Shown: positions 7,733 to 16,784 of the stretch, one piece after another
Position numbering within the stretch: the first letter of the stretch is position 1
Layout: every line of letters begins with the position of its first letter
NCBI GenBank assembly: GCA_041577295.1
Contig: JBFGJG010000001.1
Location: 1 to 64,000, forward strand
Length of the DNA: 64,000 nt
Direction of reading: 5' to 3'
Source of the DNA: Gemmatimonadales bacterium
GTDB taxonomy: Bacteria; Gemmatimonadota; Gemmatimonadetes; Gemmatimonadales; GWC2-71-9
Position numbers and translations under genes: made by a program
Notes under the pieces: generated by a model
What the model saw: only the letters and a program-made list of their open reading frames with translations
The model's database searches: none
What the model was told of the DNA's origin: nothing

Positions 7733-10700
7733 TTAGAAGCCAAACCGAACGCTAAACACTAAGCGACGCGGCAACGGTACACCCCAGGCGTCGATGCTTT
7801 CACCAAAGTTGTTGTCGATGGTGGCAGCACCGCCGCTCCCAGGATCACCGCCCCGACTGACCAGGTTGGTCTCCGGGTCGATACCGTCGTACCTCGTCCA
7901 CAGGACCAGGTTGCGGAAGGCCGCGTTGAGCGTCATGTAACGGAGCCCGAGCTTCGACTGCACAAACTGGTTGGGCAGCCGATACGTGAGGCTCAACTCA
8001 CGCCACCGGAGAAAGTCTGCTGGCACGATCGCGTTGAGACCGCTCAGCGGCGCCAGATGTTTCAGCTCTTCCGAGAACACACGCCACGCGGCGAGACGCT
8101 CCTCCGCCGTGGACGCTGGGTTCATGATGGTGGCTTCGGCCTGCGTGGTCTTGGTGAAGTTACGCCCAATCGACGGGTGCGTGCTGCGGAATGCGTCCGT
8201 CAGATTGTGGTACGAGAAGTTGCCGGTCTTGTACTCGAACAAGGACCCGATCTCGAGGTTGCCGAGCACACCGATGTTCAGACCGAACGATCCCTGCCAG
8301 TCGGGCGTGGGCTTGCCGAGCGGGCAGTTCAGGTGCGTGCCGGGCTGCGGTCCGGGGCCGCTGGCTGCGCACTGCTCGAGCAGCGGACGAAGGGCCGTGC
8401 TGCCCAAGCCGGCGGACACCGGATTCGACAGGAACGCCAACAACTCGGCTTCACTGTCCGGCTGGCCGTCACCGTTGGTATCGACCGCAAAGAAACCAGG
8501 CTGGGTGGCGAGCAATTGCGAGCCAAAGAAGTAGCCTGGCGCAAAGCCCTCCACGAGCCAGTTACGGTACCGAATGTACGAACCGCCAACCTTGAGCGGC
8601 GGAGAGCCGCCGAGGTCGGTGATCGTCTCAGTAATGTAAGACGCGTTACCGTGCACCCGGACCGTCAAGTCGGGCTGATTGAGCAGCAGCGCGTTGACGT
8701 TGAACTCGAGACCGTTGGCGCTCAACTCGCCGATGTTCACGATCTGCTCGTTCGAGAAACCGCCGGACGGCGCAAACTGCCGGCTGAATAGGGCGTCCTT
8801 GGTCACCCGATCCCACCAGGTGAAATCGATGCCGAGTCGGTTGTCGAACAACCCTAACTCGGCACCCAACTCGATCTCGGTGGACTTCTCGGGCTTCAGA
8901 TCGTCGTTGCCGAGGTTGTCCGGCGTGAGCCCGGGGCCCAGGGCCGAAGCGGTTGCGGCAAAGGTGGTGAACTTGTCGAACGCGCCAGGCTGCAGACCCG
9001 ACCTACCCCACGCCGCGCGGACGCGGAACGTCGAGAGGGTCGTCGAATTCCACGACGCAAAGTCGCTGGGCACGATCGAGATGCTGGCCTTGGGATACAG
9101 TGTCCCTTCCGTGGACTCGCCAAAGGCGCTGTTCCGGTCATACCGGAAGCCACCAGTGACAAATACGACGTCGTTGAAGCCAAGCTGCTCTTGGGCGAAC
9201 AGGCCGGCGTTCACGACCTCCAGGAAGGTCTCATCGAGGAAGACGTTCGCGGCGGCACCCGCGACCTCGAGACCGGGGCCGGGGAAGTCAAAGCCGTATC
9301 CACCCTTCGTCGTCGTGCGGGCGATGAAGCCCTGACCACCGGCGACGAACGTCGAGCTGATGTTACCAAAGCGACGATCCCACTGCGCCTTGGTTTCCAC
9401 TGTGATCTCACGACGGTTCCGGGAGTCGATCGCCCGGTCGCCGAGCGGCACGAAGCCGGAGAGTCCATCCACGTTCCAGCCGAAGGGGAACGCTTCGAAC
9501 GTCTCCGTTGAGGTGATGTCGAAGCCGACGGTGGCGTCGAGGTTCAGCTCCTGGAGCGGCGAGTACTGCGTCTGGAAGCTGATGGTGTAGTGACGGATCT
9601 CCTGACCCACTTCGGACTGCGAGATCTCGCGTGTCGTGGCGAAAATCGCGCCCTCGGGGTTGCCTACCCCCTCGCACGTGCCGTCACCGTTGGGCGTTCC
9701 CGCGCCAAACGACGTGTCGCACGTCGCCCGCTCTGGCTTGGCGTCCATCGCGGAGGGGAGCAGCCCAAGGATGTTGTTGGCGTTCTCGGGTGTCTCGTGA
9801 TGCACGTCGGACACCGAGGAGTTGATGCGGATCCGCACTTTGTCGTGCGGGATGATCTCCATGTTGGCGTTCGCCTGGACCTTACGGTTGAAGTCGTTGG
9901 CGTTGCCGTCGAAATCGGCCGTCGTGATCTGGCCCTGATCGGAGGCGAACCGGCCGGACACGAAGTAGGTGAAGACGTTCGAGCCGCCGCTCACCGACCC
10001 GCTGTACGCTTGGTTGAACCCGTTCTCGAACAGCGCGTCGTAGTAGTCGATTTCGAAGAGCTCAAAGGGAGCGAGACCCGAGCACGAGCCACCGGAGAGC
10101 TTCCGGCAGTTGGGGGCGTTGCCCCAGAACCCCGAGAGATCCGACGCCTGTGCCGCGTCACGGGCGAACCCCGTGTTCCGCTTGATCCGCTGGTCGTTGG
10201 GATTGTTCACACCCCACTCGGCCGCGAAATCAAACTTCGGCGCGCCACTGGAACCCTTCTTGGTGAAGATCTGGATCACGCCGTTGGAAGCCTCGGTGCC
10301 GTACAACGTGGCCGCCGCGGCGCCCTTCAGGATCTCCACGCGCTCGATGGCGTTGGGATTGACGTCGTCCAAACGGGAGGAAGACCCGCCGCCACCCACG
10401 AAGAAGAACTGGTTGGCGCTGATGTTCCCACCGTTGTCGATCCGCACGCCATCGACGTAGATGATGGGCTCGTTGGACTGCGAGAGGCTCGACGAGCCGC
10501 GGATGCGGATGCGGGCGCCCTCACCGGCAAGACCGCCGGACGGGAGAACGGACACGGCCGGCTCACGAGCAGCGATCAGCTCGGAGAAGTTGGCCACGGG
10601 TGCGTTCTCGAGCTCCGTGGTCTTGATCGACGCGATGGTGTTCCCGAGACGCTTCTTCTCGGTGGCTGCCCCCGCGCCGGTCACCACCACCTCGTCCAGC

Positions 10701-11053
10701 AGGATGACGACCTGTGTCAACGTGAAGCTTTGGTCGGTCGTCTGTCCCGCCGTCACCGAGACGGTCAAGCTCCGCGTGCCATAACCAACGCGGCGTACCG
10801 TGATGCGGTGGGTGCCCTGGGGAATGTTGATCTCGAACTGACCCTGTGCGTCCGACAGGCTGCCCAGGGCCTCCAAGCCCTGCACGAACACTTGGGCCGA
10901 TGCGATAGGCCGTCCGGTGACTTCGTCAGTGACGGTGCCCCGGACGGTCCCGATTCCCTGCTGCGCCCATGCGGGTACTGCCGTGATAAACACGAACAGT
11001 GCCCCCAAGGCTAATGCAAGGAACCCAGTGAGCCGACCACGTCTAGGCGACAT
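7733..11053 (-). CDS. SusC/RagA-family TonB-linked outer-membrane receptor
   Basis: Signal peptide, N-terminal carboxypeptidase-regulatory-like domain, LDEVVVTG, IRIRGSSS, PIIYVDGVR, IERVEILKGAAAATLYGTEASNGVIQIFTKKG, LKPEKSTEIELG, terminal Phe. Confidence 0.95.
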   Translation of the reverse strand: MSPRRGRLTGFLALALGALFVFITAVPAWAQQGIGTVRGTVTDEVTGRPIASAQVFVQGLEALGSLSDAQGQFEINIPQGTHRITVRRVGYGTRSLTVSVTAGQTTDQSFTLTQVVILLDEVVVTGAGAATEKKRLGNTIASIKTTELENAPVANFSELIAAREPAVSVLPSGGLAGEGARIRIRGSSSLSQSNEPIIYVDGVRIDNGGNISANQFFFVGGGGSSSRLDDVNPNAIERVEILKGAAAATLYGTEASNGVIQIFTKKGSSGAPKFDFAAEWGVNNPNDQRIKRNTGFARDAAQASDLSGFWGNAPNCRKLSGGSCSGLAPFELFEIDYYDALFENGFNQAYSGSVSGGSNVFTYFVSGRFASDQGQITTADFDGNANDFNRKVQANANMEIIPHDKVRIRINSSVSDVHHETPENANNILGLLPSAMDAKPERATCDTSFGAGTPNGDGTCEGVGNPEGAIFATTREISQSEVGQEIRHYTISFQTQYSPLQELNLDATVGFDITSTETFEAFPFGWNVDGLSGFVPLGDRAIDSRNRREITVETKAQWDRRFGNISSTFVAGGQGFIARTTTKGGYGFDFPGPGLEVAGAAANVFLDETFLEVVNAGLFAQEQLGFNDVVFVTGGFRYDRNSAFGESTEGTLYPKASISIVPSDFASWNSTTLSTFRVRAAWGRSGLQPGAFDKFTTFAATASALGPGLTPDNLGNDDLKPEKSTEIELGAELGLFDNRLGIDFTWWDRVTKDALFSRQFAPSGGFSNEQIVNIGELSANGLEFNVNALLLNQPDLTVRVHGNASYITETITDLGGSPPLKVGGSYIRYRNWLVEGFAPGYFFGSQLLATQPGFFAVDTNGDGQPDSEAELLAFLSNPVSAGLGSTALRPLLEQCAASGPGPQPGTHLNCPLGKPTPDWQGSFGLNIGVLGNLEIGSLFEYKTGNFSYHNLTDAFRSTHPSIGRNFTKTTQAEATIMNPASTAEERLAAWRVFSEELKHLAPLSGLNAIVPADFLRWRELSLTYRLPNQFVQSKLGLRYMTLNAAFRNLVLWTRYDGIDPETNLVSRGGDPGSGGAATIDNNFGESIDAWGVPLPRRLVFSVRFGF

Positions 11054-11303
11054 GGGCCCTCCTTGAAATGGAATGGGACATGAGGCAGAGCGGCCCCCGT
11101 ACTGGAGGGAGAGGACCGTTCCCCTCGGCGGACTTAGACGGCTAAATGTTCCCTAGCATGAAGACAACGTCAAGAGGGAGCTTGCAATCCGCAACGTTGG
11201 GGGTGAAAAATGCAACGCGGTGGCTGGACTGACCGCTTGGTCAGTGAGAAATGAGGCGCCGTTCGTGCAGATTGAGGCAGATCAACCTCGCTGGGGTCTC
11301 TTG

Positions 11304-12386
11304 CTACTCGACCCCTAGGCGCGCGAATCGGTGAAAGACGCTCCAGGAAAACCAAAACACCACGTAAGCCTCATCGAGGGGGGTGAGCTGACTTCCTTCG
11401 AGATCACCACTAACCGCCAATCCGGCCTGTGTCCAGATCGAGCCCGTCTCCGCGTCCCGAAACTCCACGGCGTCAGGGTTGTCCACCACGGTAAGCTGGA
11501 GCACCTGTCCGCCCACCGTCCGATCGTACGCAATGGCGGTCTGCGAGTCACCATCCCACAAGACGACAATTGGACGGCTGTTGATGACGTCGCTCACCGC
11601 AGCCCTGTTGCCAAGGTCGAAGAGCCCCTGAAAGGGATAGCCCACCGCGGCGTTGCCCTCGAGGACGCCGAGGGTCAGCTCCTTCGGCGGGCGCGTAATG
11701 TTGATGGGGGAGCCCGGAAAAAAAAACTCCTGGTTGGCCGGCAAGTCGTAGCTGCCGTACGGGTACTCACCGTACCGCCGGCTGAAGCCCGTGTTGTTGG
11801 TGAGCACCGTGGTTTGTGGATAGAGCTGCTGCCAGCGCTCCCACGTCGTCTCCACGATCGGCGCCAGACTGAGCTGCGTTCCGGAACGCGCTCCGCAGCG
11901 GGCGGACGTCAGCAGCTGCGGCCACAAGCTCTCGGTGCCGCGATCGAACATGACGAGGTTGTTCTCGAATATGAGGCCGGAAACGCCGAACTCCACAACC
12001 TTTCCGTCGATGACGGGATCGAACGCCAGGCCGGAGCCGGTTAGGGGGCAGTAGGTCACCAGGACCGCTTCCCCACCGACCGTGTCGTTTACGACCTCAT
12101 GCCACCACATTACCTCGAATGGGTACGCGCGGGCGGCCCCGTTTCGGACCACGCCGAGCACGCGGTCTGTCGGCTCGAGATCAACCGCTTGGCTGGCGGG
12201 TACAATCTCGGGATGGACGAGCGCCGGGATGCCGTCTCGCCCCGGTCCTCCGTCGAAGATCTTGTCAGAGAATAGATCGCAGTCCTGTACGTCAAACCCG
12301 GCAATGCCAGAGGGATCAGCACATGCTGCAAGCCCGAGAAGGACAGCAGTGGCGGCCAGCGGGGGGCGCAACTTCCAAAGGTTCAT
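11304..12386 (-). CDS. DUF3179 domain lipoprotein
   Basis: Lipobox LAAC; motifs GGPGRDGIPAL, ARAYP, WHEVVND, VTYCPLTGSG, FGVSGL..NNLVMFDRGTESLWPQ, FWFSW. Confidence 0.88.
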   Translation of the reverse strand: MNLWKLRPPLAATAVLLGLAACADPSGIAGFDVQDCDLFSDKIFDGGPGRDGIPALVHPEIVPASQAVDLEPTDRVLGVVRNGAARAYPFEVMWWHEVVNDTVGGEAVLVTYCPLTGSGLAFDPVIDGKVVEFGVSGLIFENNLVMFDRGTESLWPQLLTSARCGARSGTQLSLAPIVETTWERWQQLYPQTTVLTNNTGFSRRYGEYPYGSYDLPANQEFFFPGSPINITRPPKELTLGVLEGNAAVGYPFQGLFDLGNRAAVSDVINSRPIVVLWDGDSQTAIAYDRTVGGQVLQLTVVDNPDAVEFRDAETGSIWTQAGLAVSGDLEGSQLTPLDEAYVVFWFSWSVFHRFARLGVE

Positions 12387-12466
12387 GTTCCGTTCCGGGG
12401 AGGCTACATCACGGAGAACGCGTAGGGGCTAACAAGTGTTCCTCGCGTCGCTCAGGGCTGCCGTGC

Positions 12467-12495
12467 TTCAGTATAAACGAAGGCCGGGTTATAAT
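12467..12495 (+). promoter_or_regulatory. Putative sigma70 promoter for the 12529 lipoprotein
   Basis: TTCAGT-17 bp-TATAAT, about 34 bp upstream of the start, RBS GGAGG. Confidence 0.35.
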
Positions 12496-12528
12496 GAATG
12501 AAGGGTCATCAGCTGCTGGAGGTGCGCC

Positions 12529-12963
12529 TTGCGATTGATTCGTTGGATTCCGCTCGTGCTCCTGGGTGGATGTCAAACCATGGTTCCCATTGAGAATGTG
12601 ACACCCCAGCCGGGGCGCACAGTCGTTCTTCACCTGCAGGAACCGATTGAGTTTCAGGCCGCTGAAGCACGGCTCCAAAACCTCGTTCGCATGCGCGGCC
12701 TGTTCATGACCAATGACGCCGATTCGTTGATTGTCCGGGCGACGGACTTGTGGACCGCGAGCGGTAACCGGCATGCGGCGCTCGGTGCCCGCATGGCGGT
12801 GCCCCGGAGCAACGTCTCGCAGATCGAAGAGCAGCGGACATCCGCCTGGAGATCGGCGCTCATCGCCAGTGCTGGCGTGGCCGCGCTTGGCTTGGTGGTC
12901 TTTTCGGTTGATGCGGGCTTGGGTGGTGAGGGACCGGGGAACCCTGGTCCCAGGCCGAAGTGA
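12529..12963 (+). CDS. Hypothetical lipoprotein with C-terminal hydrophobic segment
   Basis: RBS GGAGG + TTG start; lipobox LGGC; C-terminal ALIASAGVAALGLVVF; followed by a terminator. Confidence 0.75.
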   Translation: MRLIRWIPLVLLGGCQTMVPIENVTPQPGRTVVLHLQEPIEFQAAEARLQNLVRMRGLFMTNDADSLIVRATDLWTASGNRHAALGARMAVPRSNVSQIEEQRTSAWRSALIASAGVAALGLVVFSVDAGLGGEGPGNPGPRPK

Positions 12964-12969
12964 TGGTGA

Positions 12970-13019
12970 GACGCGGGGGCGGCCAGGGGTTCGACCGCCC
13001 TCGCGTCCCGTTTTTTTTT
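12970..13019 (+). terminator. Rho-independent terminator
   Basis: GACGCGGGGGCGG...CCGCCCTCGCGTC stem followed by a T9 run. Confidence 0.8.
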
Positions 13020-14220
13020 AGGACTGTCCTGATACGCGCACCGGCTGCACGCTGAGAACGTCTTCGCCTCGTTGACCATTCCCCAGTTGTCCCCTGTTCC
13101 CGAGTCCCCAACAGTACGCGACGTTGTTCGTCGTCAGGCCGCAGGAGTGCTGCGTGCCGGCACTTATTGATCGGAAGGAAAGCCCGCCTGAGACGGCGAC
13201 GGGAGTGAGCGAACAAGCCGCTTCCAGCTGACTCGCTGGATCGGTGCAGATGCTCGATGACTGTGCGCCCAGCTGCCCCGCGTTGTTGAAGCCCCAACAG
13301 TGTGCGGCATTGGCGTCGTCAATGCCGCAGTTGTAGTTCCCGCCCTGAGCGGAGAGCTCGGTGAAAGTGATGGTTCCGTCGACGGGGCCGGGGTCTTGGC
13401 GCCCCTGGGCCCCTCCGTTGCCCAGCTGCCCCGTTGAGTTGCTACCCCAGCAGAGCACGTCGCCCACCGTGGTGACGCCGCAGGTGTGGCTAAAGCCGAC
13501 CTGGACGGATTGAAAAGTGTGTCCACCAGTCACGAGCGTAGGCGTCAGGCGGTCTGTGCTGGTTCCATCGCCAAGTTGTCCCGAGGAGTTCTCACCCCAA
13601 CAGAAGGCCTCACCGGCAGCGGTCACCGCGCACGTGTGCGTAGTTCCCGCGCTGATCTGTACGATCGCCAAGTTACCGCTCACCTCGACCGGGGTATTGC
13701 GGTCGGTCTGCGACCCATCTCCGAGCTGCCCGACCGCGTTCCACCCCCAGCAGTACGCCTCCTGCGCGGCGGTGACCCCGCAGCTATACGATGCCCCAAG
13801 GGCGATCTCGACGAACTCCGTGCCACCGGAAATGGCAGCCACGCCGGTTCGGGTGTTGTTGCTGCCGTCGCCGAGCTGTCCGTTCAGGTTGAAGCCCCAG
13901 CAATAGGTCACTCCGTCAGAACCGATGCCGCACGTGTGACCACCGCCGGCCGCCACCGTCTCAAACGACACATCGCCCGATCGTACCTGGACTGGCACCG
14001 ACCGGTCGTCCCGCGTTCCATCTCCGAGCTGTCCATCCCGATTCCACCCCCAGCAAAACGCCGTACCGTTGGTGCCCAATGCGCAACTATGTAACAGTCC
14101 AACGGCGATTGCTGTGAGGGTTGGAAGGTTTGGCGCGGTGGCATCGTCACCGCATCCAAGGGTGACGACGAGTCCGACGGTGGCGATGCCGACTGAGATC
14201 CGACGAAGACTAGCGCCCAT
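13018..14220 (-). CDS. RCC1-repeat (beta-propeller) lipoprotein
   Basis: Lipobox LGC; seven repeats of H(S/T)C.....G..(Y/F)CWG.N..GQLG. Confidence 0.92.
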   Translation of the reverse strand: MGASLRRISVGIATVGLVVTLGCGDDATAPNLPTLTAIAVGLLHSCALGTNGTAFCWGWNRDGQLGDGTRDDRSVPVQVRSGDVSFETVAAGGGHTCGIGSDGVTYCWGFNLNGQLGDGSNNTRTGVAAISGGTEFVEIALGASYSCGVTAAQEAYCWGWNAVGQLGDGSQTDRNTPVEVSGNLAIVQISAGTTHTCAVTAAGEAFCWGENSSGQLGDGTSTDRLTPTLVTGGHTFQSVQVGFSHTCGVTTVGDVLCWGSNSTGQLGNGGAQGRQDPGPVDGTITFTELSAQGGNYNCGIDDANAAHCWGFNNAGQLGAQSSSICTDPASQLEAACSLTPVAVSGGLSFRSISAGTQHSCGLTTNNVAYCWGLGNRGQLGNGQRGEDVLSVQPVRVSGQS

Positions 14221-14284
14221 TGACGTCCCTCCCTAGGGTTCTGATAGAGGTGAAAGCATCAGGAAAGTAAACGGGGGCCTGGCG

Positions 14285-14932
14285 GTGAAGCTAGAACGCA
14301 TGCATCGAGCCTGCCATATGGCGCCCTATCTCGTCCTGCTCGTCATTGCCTTCATCACGTCGCCTTCCGCAGCGGCGCAAGAGCGCGAGGATCGCGGCTT
14401 CCGTTACCGGGACGGCGAATGCGTGGACCCGGATGGCAAACGCGGGCTCAATCCCGGATTCGTTGGTGAGTGCGGTCTGCTCCGCGGCGCTGATCTGCGC
14501 GGCTACGATCTACACCAGCTCTTTCTCTCCGGTTCCGACATGCGGTCCGCGTGGCTCACCGAAGTGGATCTTTCGGGTGCGGAGCTCCACGAGGTGATCT
14601 TGCGGAGTGCGCGGATGCACGGGGCAGTATTGCAGGGTGCGTCACTCGTCGAAGCCGATCTCGAGCGGGCCGATCTTCAGGCTGCGAATCTCGAGGGTGC
14701 CGATCTGACCGGGGCCAGGCTCCGCCGCGCTCGGCTCAAAGGCGCCAACCTGCGGCGTGCCCACCTCATGAACGCCGATTTCCGATCCGCCGATCTCAGG
14801 AGCGTCGACATGCGCGGCGCGCGCCTCCAAGCCACCAACTTGAGAGGTGCGTGGTTCAACGAGTTCACGTTGTTGCCGTTTGACCTGGACCGGGGACGTG
14901 CGCTGCAGCAGGGGATGGTTTATCGCCCCTAG
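14285..14932 (+). CDS. Exported pentapeptide-repeat protein (start may be 14318)
   Basis: Signal peptide ending SAAAQ; about 24 A(D/N)LxG-type pentapeptides. Confidence 0.88.
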   Translation: MKLERMHRACHMAPYLVLLVIAFITSPSAAAQEREDRGFRYRDGECVDPDGKRGLNPGFVGECGLLRGADLRGYDLHQLFLSGSDMRSAWLTEVDLSGAELHEVILRSARMHGAVLQGASLVEADLERADLQAANLEGADLTGARLRRARLKGANLRRAHLMNADFRSADLRSVDMRGARLQATNLRGAWFNEFTLLPFDLDRGRALQQGMVYRP

Positions 14933-14948
14933 CCGCCACCCCGTCAGA

Positions 14949-15006
14949 GAGGAGGGAGGAGTAAAAGGAGGGAGGAGTCCAACACCCCGGCTACTCCTCC
15001 CTCCTC
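14949..15006. repeat. AGGAGGGAGGAGT direct and inverted repeats between convergent genes (hairpin, possible bidirectional terminator)
   Basis: gaggagggaggagta (14949-14963), second copy 14966-14978, reverse complement tactcctccctcctc (14992-15006). Confidence 0.6.
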
Positions 15007-15010
15007 CCTC

Positions 15011-15976
15011 TTACTCCTTACTGCAGTCCAAGAGAATCTTCCCTGCCCCCGGTCGCGTCGCGTGCTCGAAGGCCTCCTTGCCCTGCTCGAGCTCGTACGT
15101 CGCTTCGACGAGCGGGCGTACGTCGATCGTTCCATTGGTGAGGGCTTCGAGCGCAGGTGCGAACGGGCCACAGCGCGATCCCACGAGCGTGATCTCGTCC
15201 ACCACGATTCGCGAGACATCGAGCTCGGCTTTCCCGGCGTATGTGCTCTTGAGCACGATGGTTCCGCGGGGCCGTACGGCTTTGAGTGCCAGGTCCAGGC
15301 CCGAAGGATTGCCCGTGCATTCGACGACAATGTCGGCGACATCTTCCTGCAGTTCGGTCGCGAGCGCCGTGCGAATCCTCTGCGAACGGAATAGCTCGAG
15401 GCTTTTGGGTCGTCTGCCGACGACGGTGAGTACGCAGTCCGTGGCCACGAGGGTCTGCGCGATGAGGTAACCCAATTTCCCGCTTCCGATCACGACGACC
15501 CGATCATCGGGCGAAATCTCGAGTTGCGCCTGGATCCCGAACGCCGCCGCGGTCGGTTCGGTGAACACGGCCACGTCATCAGTGACGTTGTCGGGTACCT
15601 CGTGGAGATTCTCCACGGGGAGCGTGAGATACTCAGCGAATGCGCCGTTTCGATCGTGAATCCCAAGCACGGTGCGATGCTCGCAATGCGTGGGCCGACC
15701 GTTTGTACACGCGATACAGGTGTGACAAACGGCGTTGATCTCGCCAACGACACGTTTACCCACCCATTCGGACTGGTAAGGTGACTCCTCTACTCGACCG
15801 ACGAACTCGTGGCCGAGTGTGCCGGCAAAGGGGTAGTAGCCGTTCAGCATTTCGAGGTCGGTGTTGCAGATGCCGGCGAGCGACACGCGAACGAGCGCCT
15901 CGCCGTGGGGTGTTTCGGGGCGCGGGAGATCGGTGCGGACGCTTAGTTCCTGATTGTGGAGCCAGAGGGCACGCAT
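15011..15976 (-). CDS. Zn-dependent medium-chain alcohol dehydrogenase (MDR family)
   Basis: GICNTD, GHEFVG, structural Zn motif CHTCIAC-x7-C, GSGKLG nucleotide-binding loop. Confidence 0.92.
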   Translation of the reverse strand: MRALWLHNQELSVRTDLPRPETPHGEALVRVSLAGICNTDLEMLNGYYPFAGTLGHEFVGRVEESPYQSEWVGKRVVGEINAVCHTCIACTNGRPTHCEHRTVLGIHDRNGAFAEYLTLPVENLHEVPDNVTDDVAVFTEPTAAAFGIQAQLEISPDDRVVVIGSGKLGYLIAQTLVATDCVLTVVGRRPKSLELFRSQRIRTALATELQEDVADIVVECTGNPSGLDLALKAVRPRGTIVLKSTYAGKAELDVSRIVVDEITLVGSRCGPFAPALEALTNGTIDVRPLVEATYELEQGKEAFEHATRPGAGKILLDCSKE

Positions 15977-16138
15977 GAGATTCGAAGACGCTTTGTTAGG
16001 CGATGCCGAATCGGCTTGCGTAGCTCGATTCGGCTGATCGCGGTGACTAGAGCCGGCCGCGGGCCGTCCACGAGTAGCCGCGGCCGTAAGTCTTTTTCGG
16101 TGGGGCTGTTGAAGGCACAGAGCCCCGTCTCAGATGCC

Positions 16139-16390
16139 TCGACTTTGATCCAAGTCGTGTCGACTTGGGCCTTAGTCGCCGTGAATTGGATCCAAGTCGG
16201 CTCAACTTGGACCCAAGTCGTCGCATCTTAGGCGTCAGACACCCCTCCCAAGACCTTAGTCGGGGTGAATCGGGTCCAAGTCGTCGCAACTAACGCCTCG
16301 CGGCACCCTCTGGAGAGCCAAGTTGCCTCGACTTTGGCCAGGGTTGCCTCGACTTGGATCCAAGTCGTCGCGACTTGGGCCTCATGGCTC
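16139..16390. repeat. Tandem array of 12 in-phase 21-bp units, consensus TCGACTTGGATCCAAGTCGTC (palindromic core)
   Basis: Units start at 16139, 16160, 16181 ... 16370 with no indels; perfect 18-bp palindrome CGACTTGGATCCAAGTCG at 16350-16367; units 5, 6, 8 and 9 are degenerate. Confidence 0.85.
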
Positions 16391-16558
16391 ACGCCTCAGC
16401 CCCGGGAACGCCCGCCTCCGGCCTCAATCATCGCGCCAGTGCTCAAGTGAGCGGCGCCGGCGACCTCGGCTGGATCATCGCTGCGGTGATCGTTTCGGGC
16501 TTGGTGTCGACATCGCGCGCCAGGCGTCGCAACCTGAGGAAGGGCGGAACAACTCGAA

Positions 16559-16632
16559 TCGGGGCGGCCGGATTTGAACCGGCGACCTCCTGGTCCCAAA
16601 CCAGGCGCGCTACCGAACTGCGCCACGCCCCG
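16559..16632 (-). tRNA. tRNA-Pro (anticodon TGG)
   Basis: Reverse complement CGGGGCGTGGCGCAGTTCGGTAGCGCGCCTGGTTTGGGACCAGGAGGTCGCCGGTTCAAATCCGGCCGCCCCGA folds as a cloverleaf. Confidence 0.97.
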
Positions 16633-16784
16633 TATCGGTGGTCAGATGGAAGGACGCAAGGACGGAAAGTGAACCGTCCTTGCAACCGCCGTGCAACATA
16701 GTCGGCCCGGGGGCCTGCTGGTAGCCACGCGCGGGACCGACTATCACGCGAATCAACCTAGAAGTTGACCCGGCACCGCACTCG

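Noticed and set aside
11304..12386. Selenoprotein read-through in DUF3179 or other ORFs in the window
   Set aside because: DUF3179 has no in-frame TGA and ends in TAG; the TGA-ending ORFs I inspected end at natural family C-termini
16139..16390. CRISPR array interpretation of the palindromic repeats
   Set aside because: Units are contiguous 21-mers with no unique 25-45 bp spacers, and no cas genes are present
3937..16558. Genomic island bounded by tRNA-Arg and tRNA-Pro
   Set aside because: No integrase and no convincing duplicated tRNA 3' end; the GGGGCGGCC match at ~12976 is only 9 bp and part of a terminator stem
16354..16701. ORF containing a GlyGly-CTERM-like segment (SGAGDLGWIIAAVIVSGLVSTSRARRR)
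   Set aside because: There is no stop after the basic cluster, the frame runs antisense through tRNA-Pro, and it lacks an RBS and signal peptide; probably spurious
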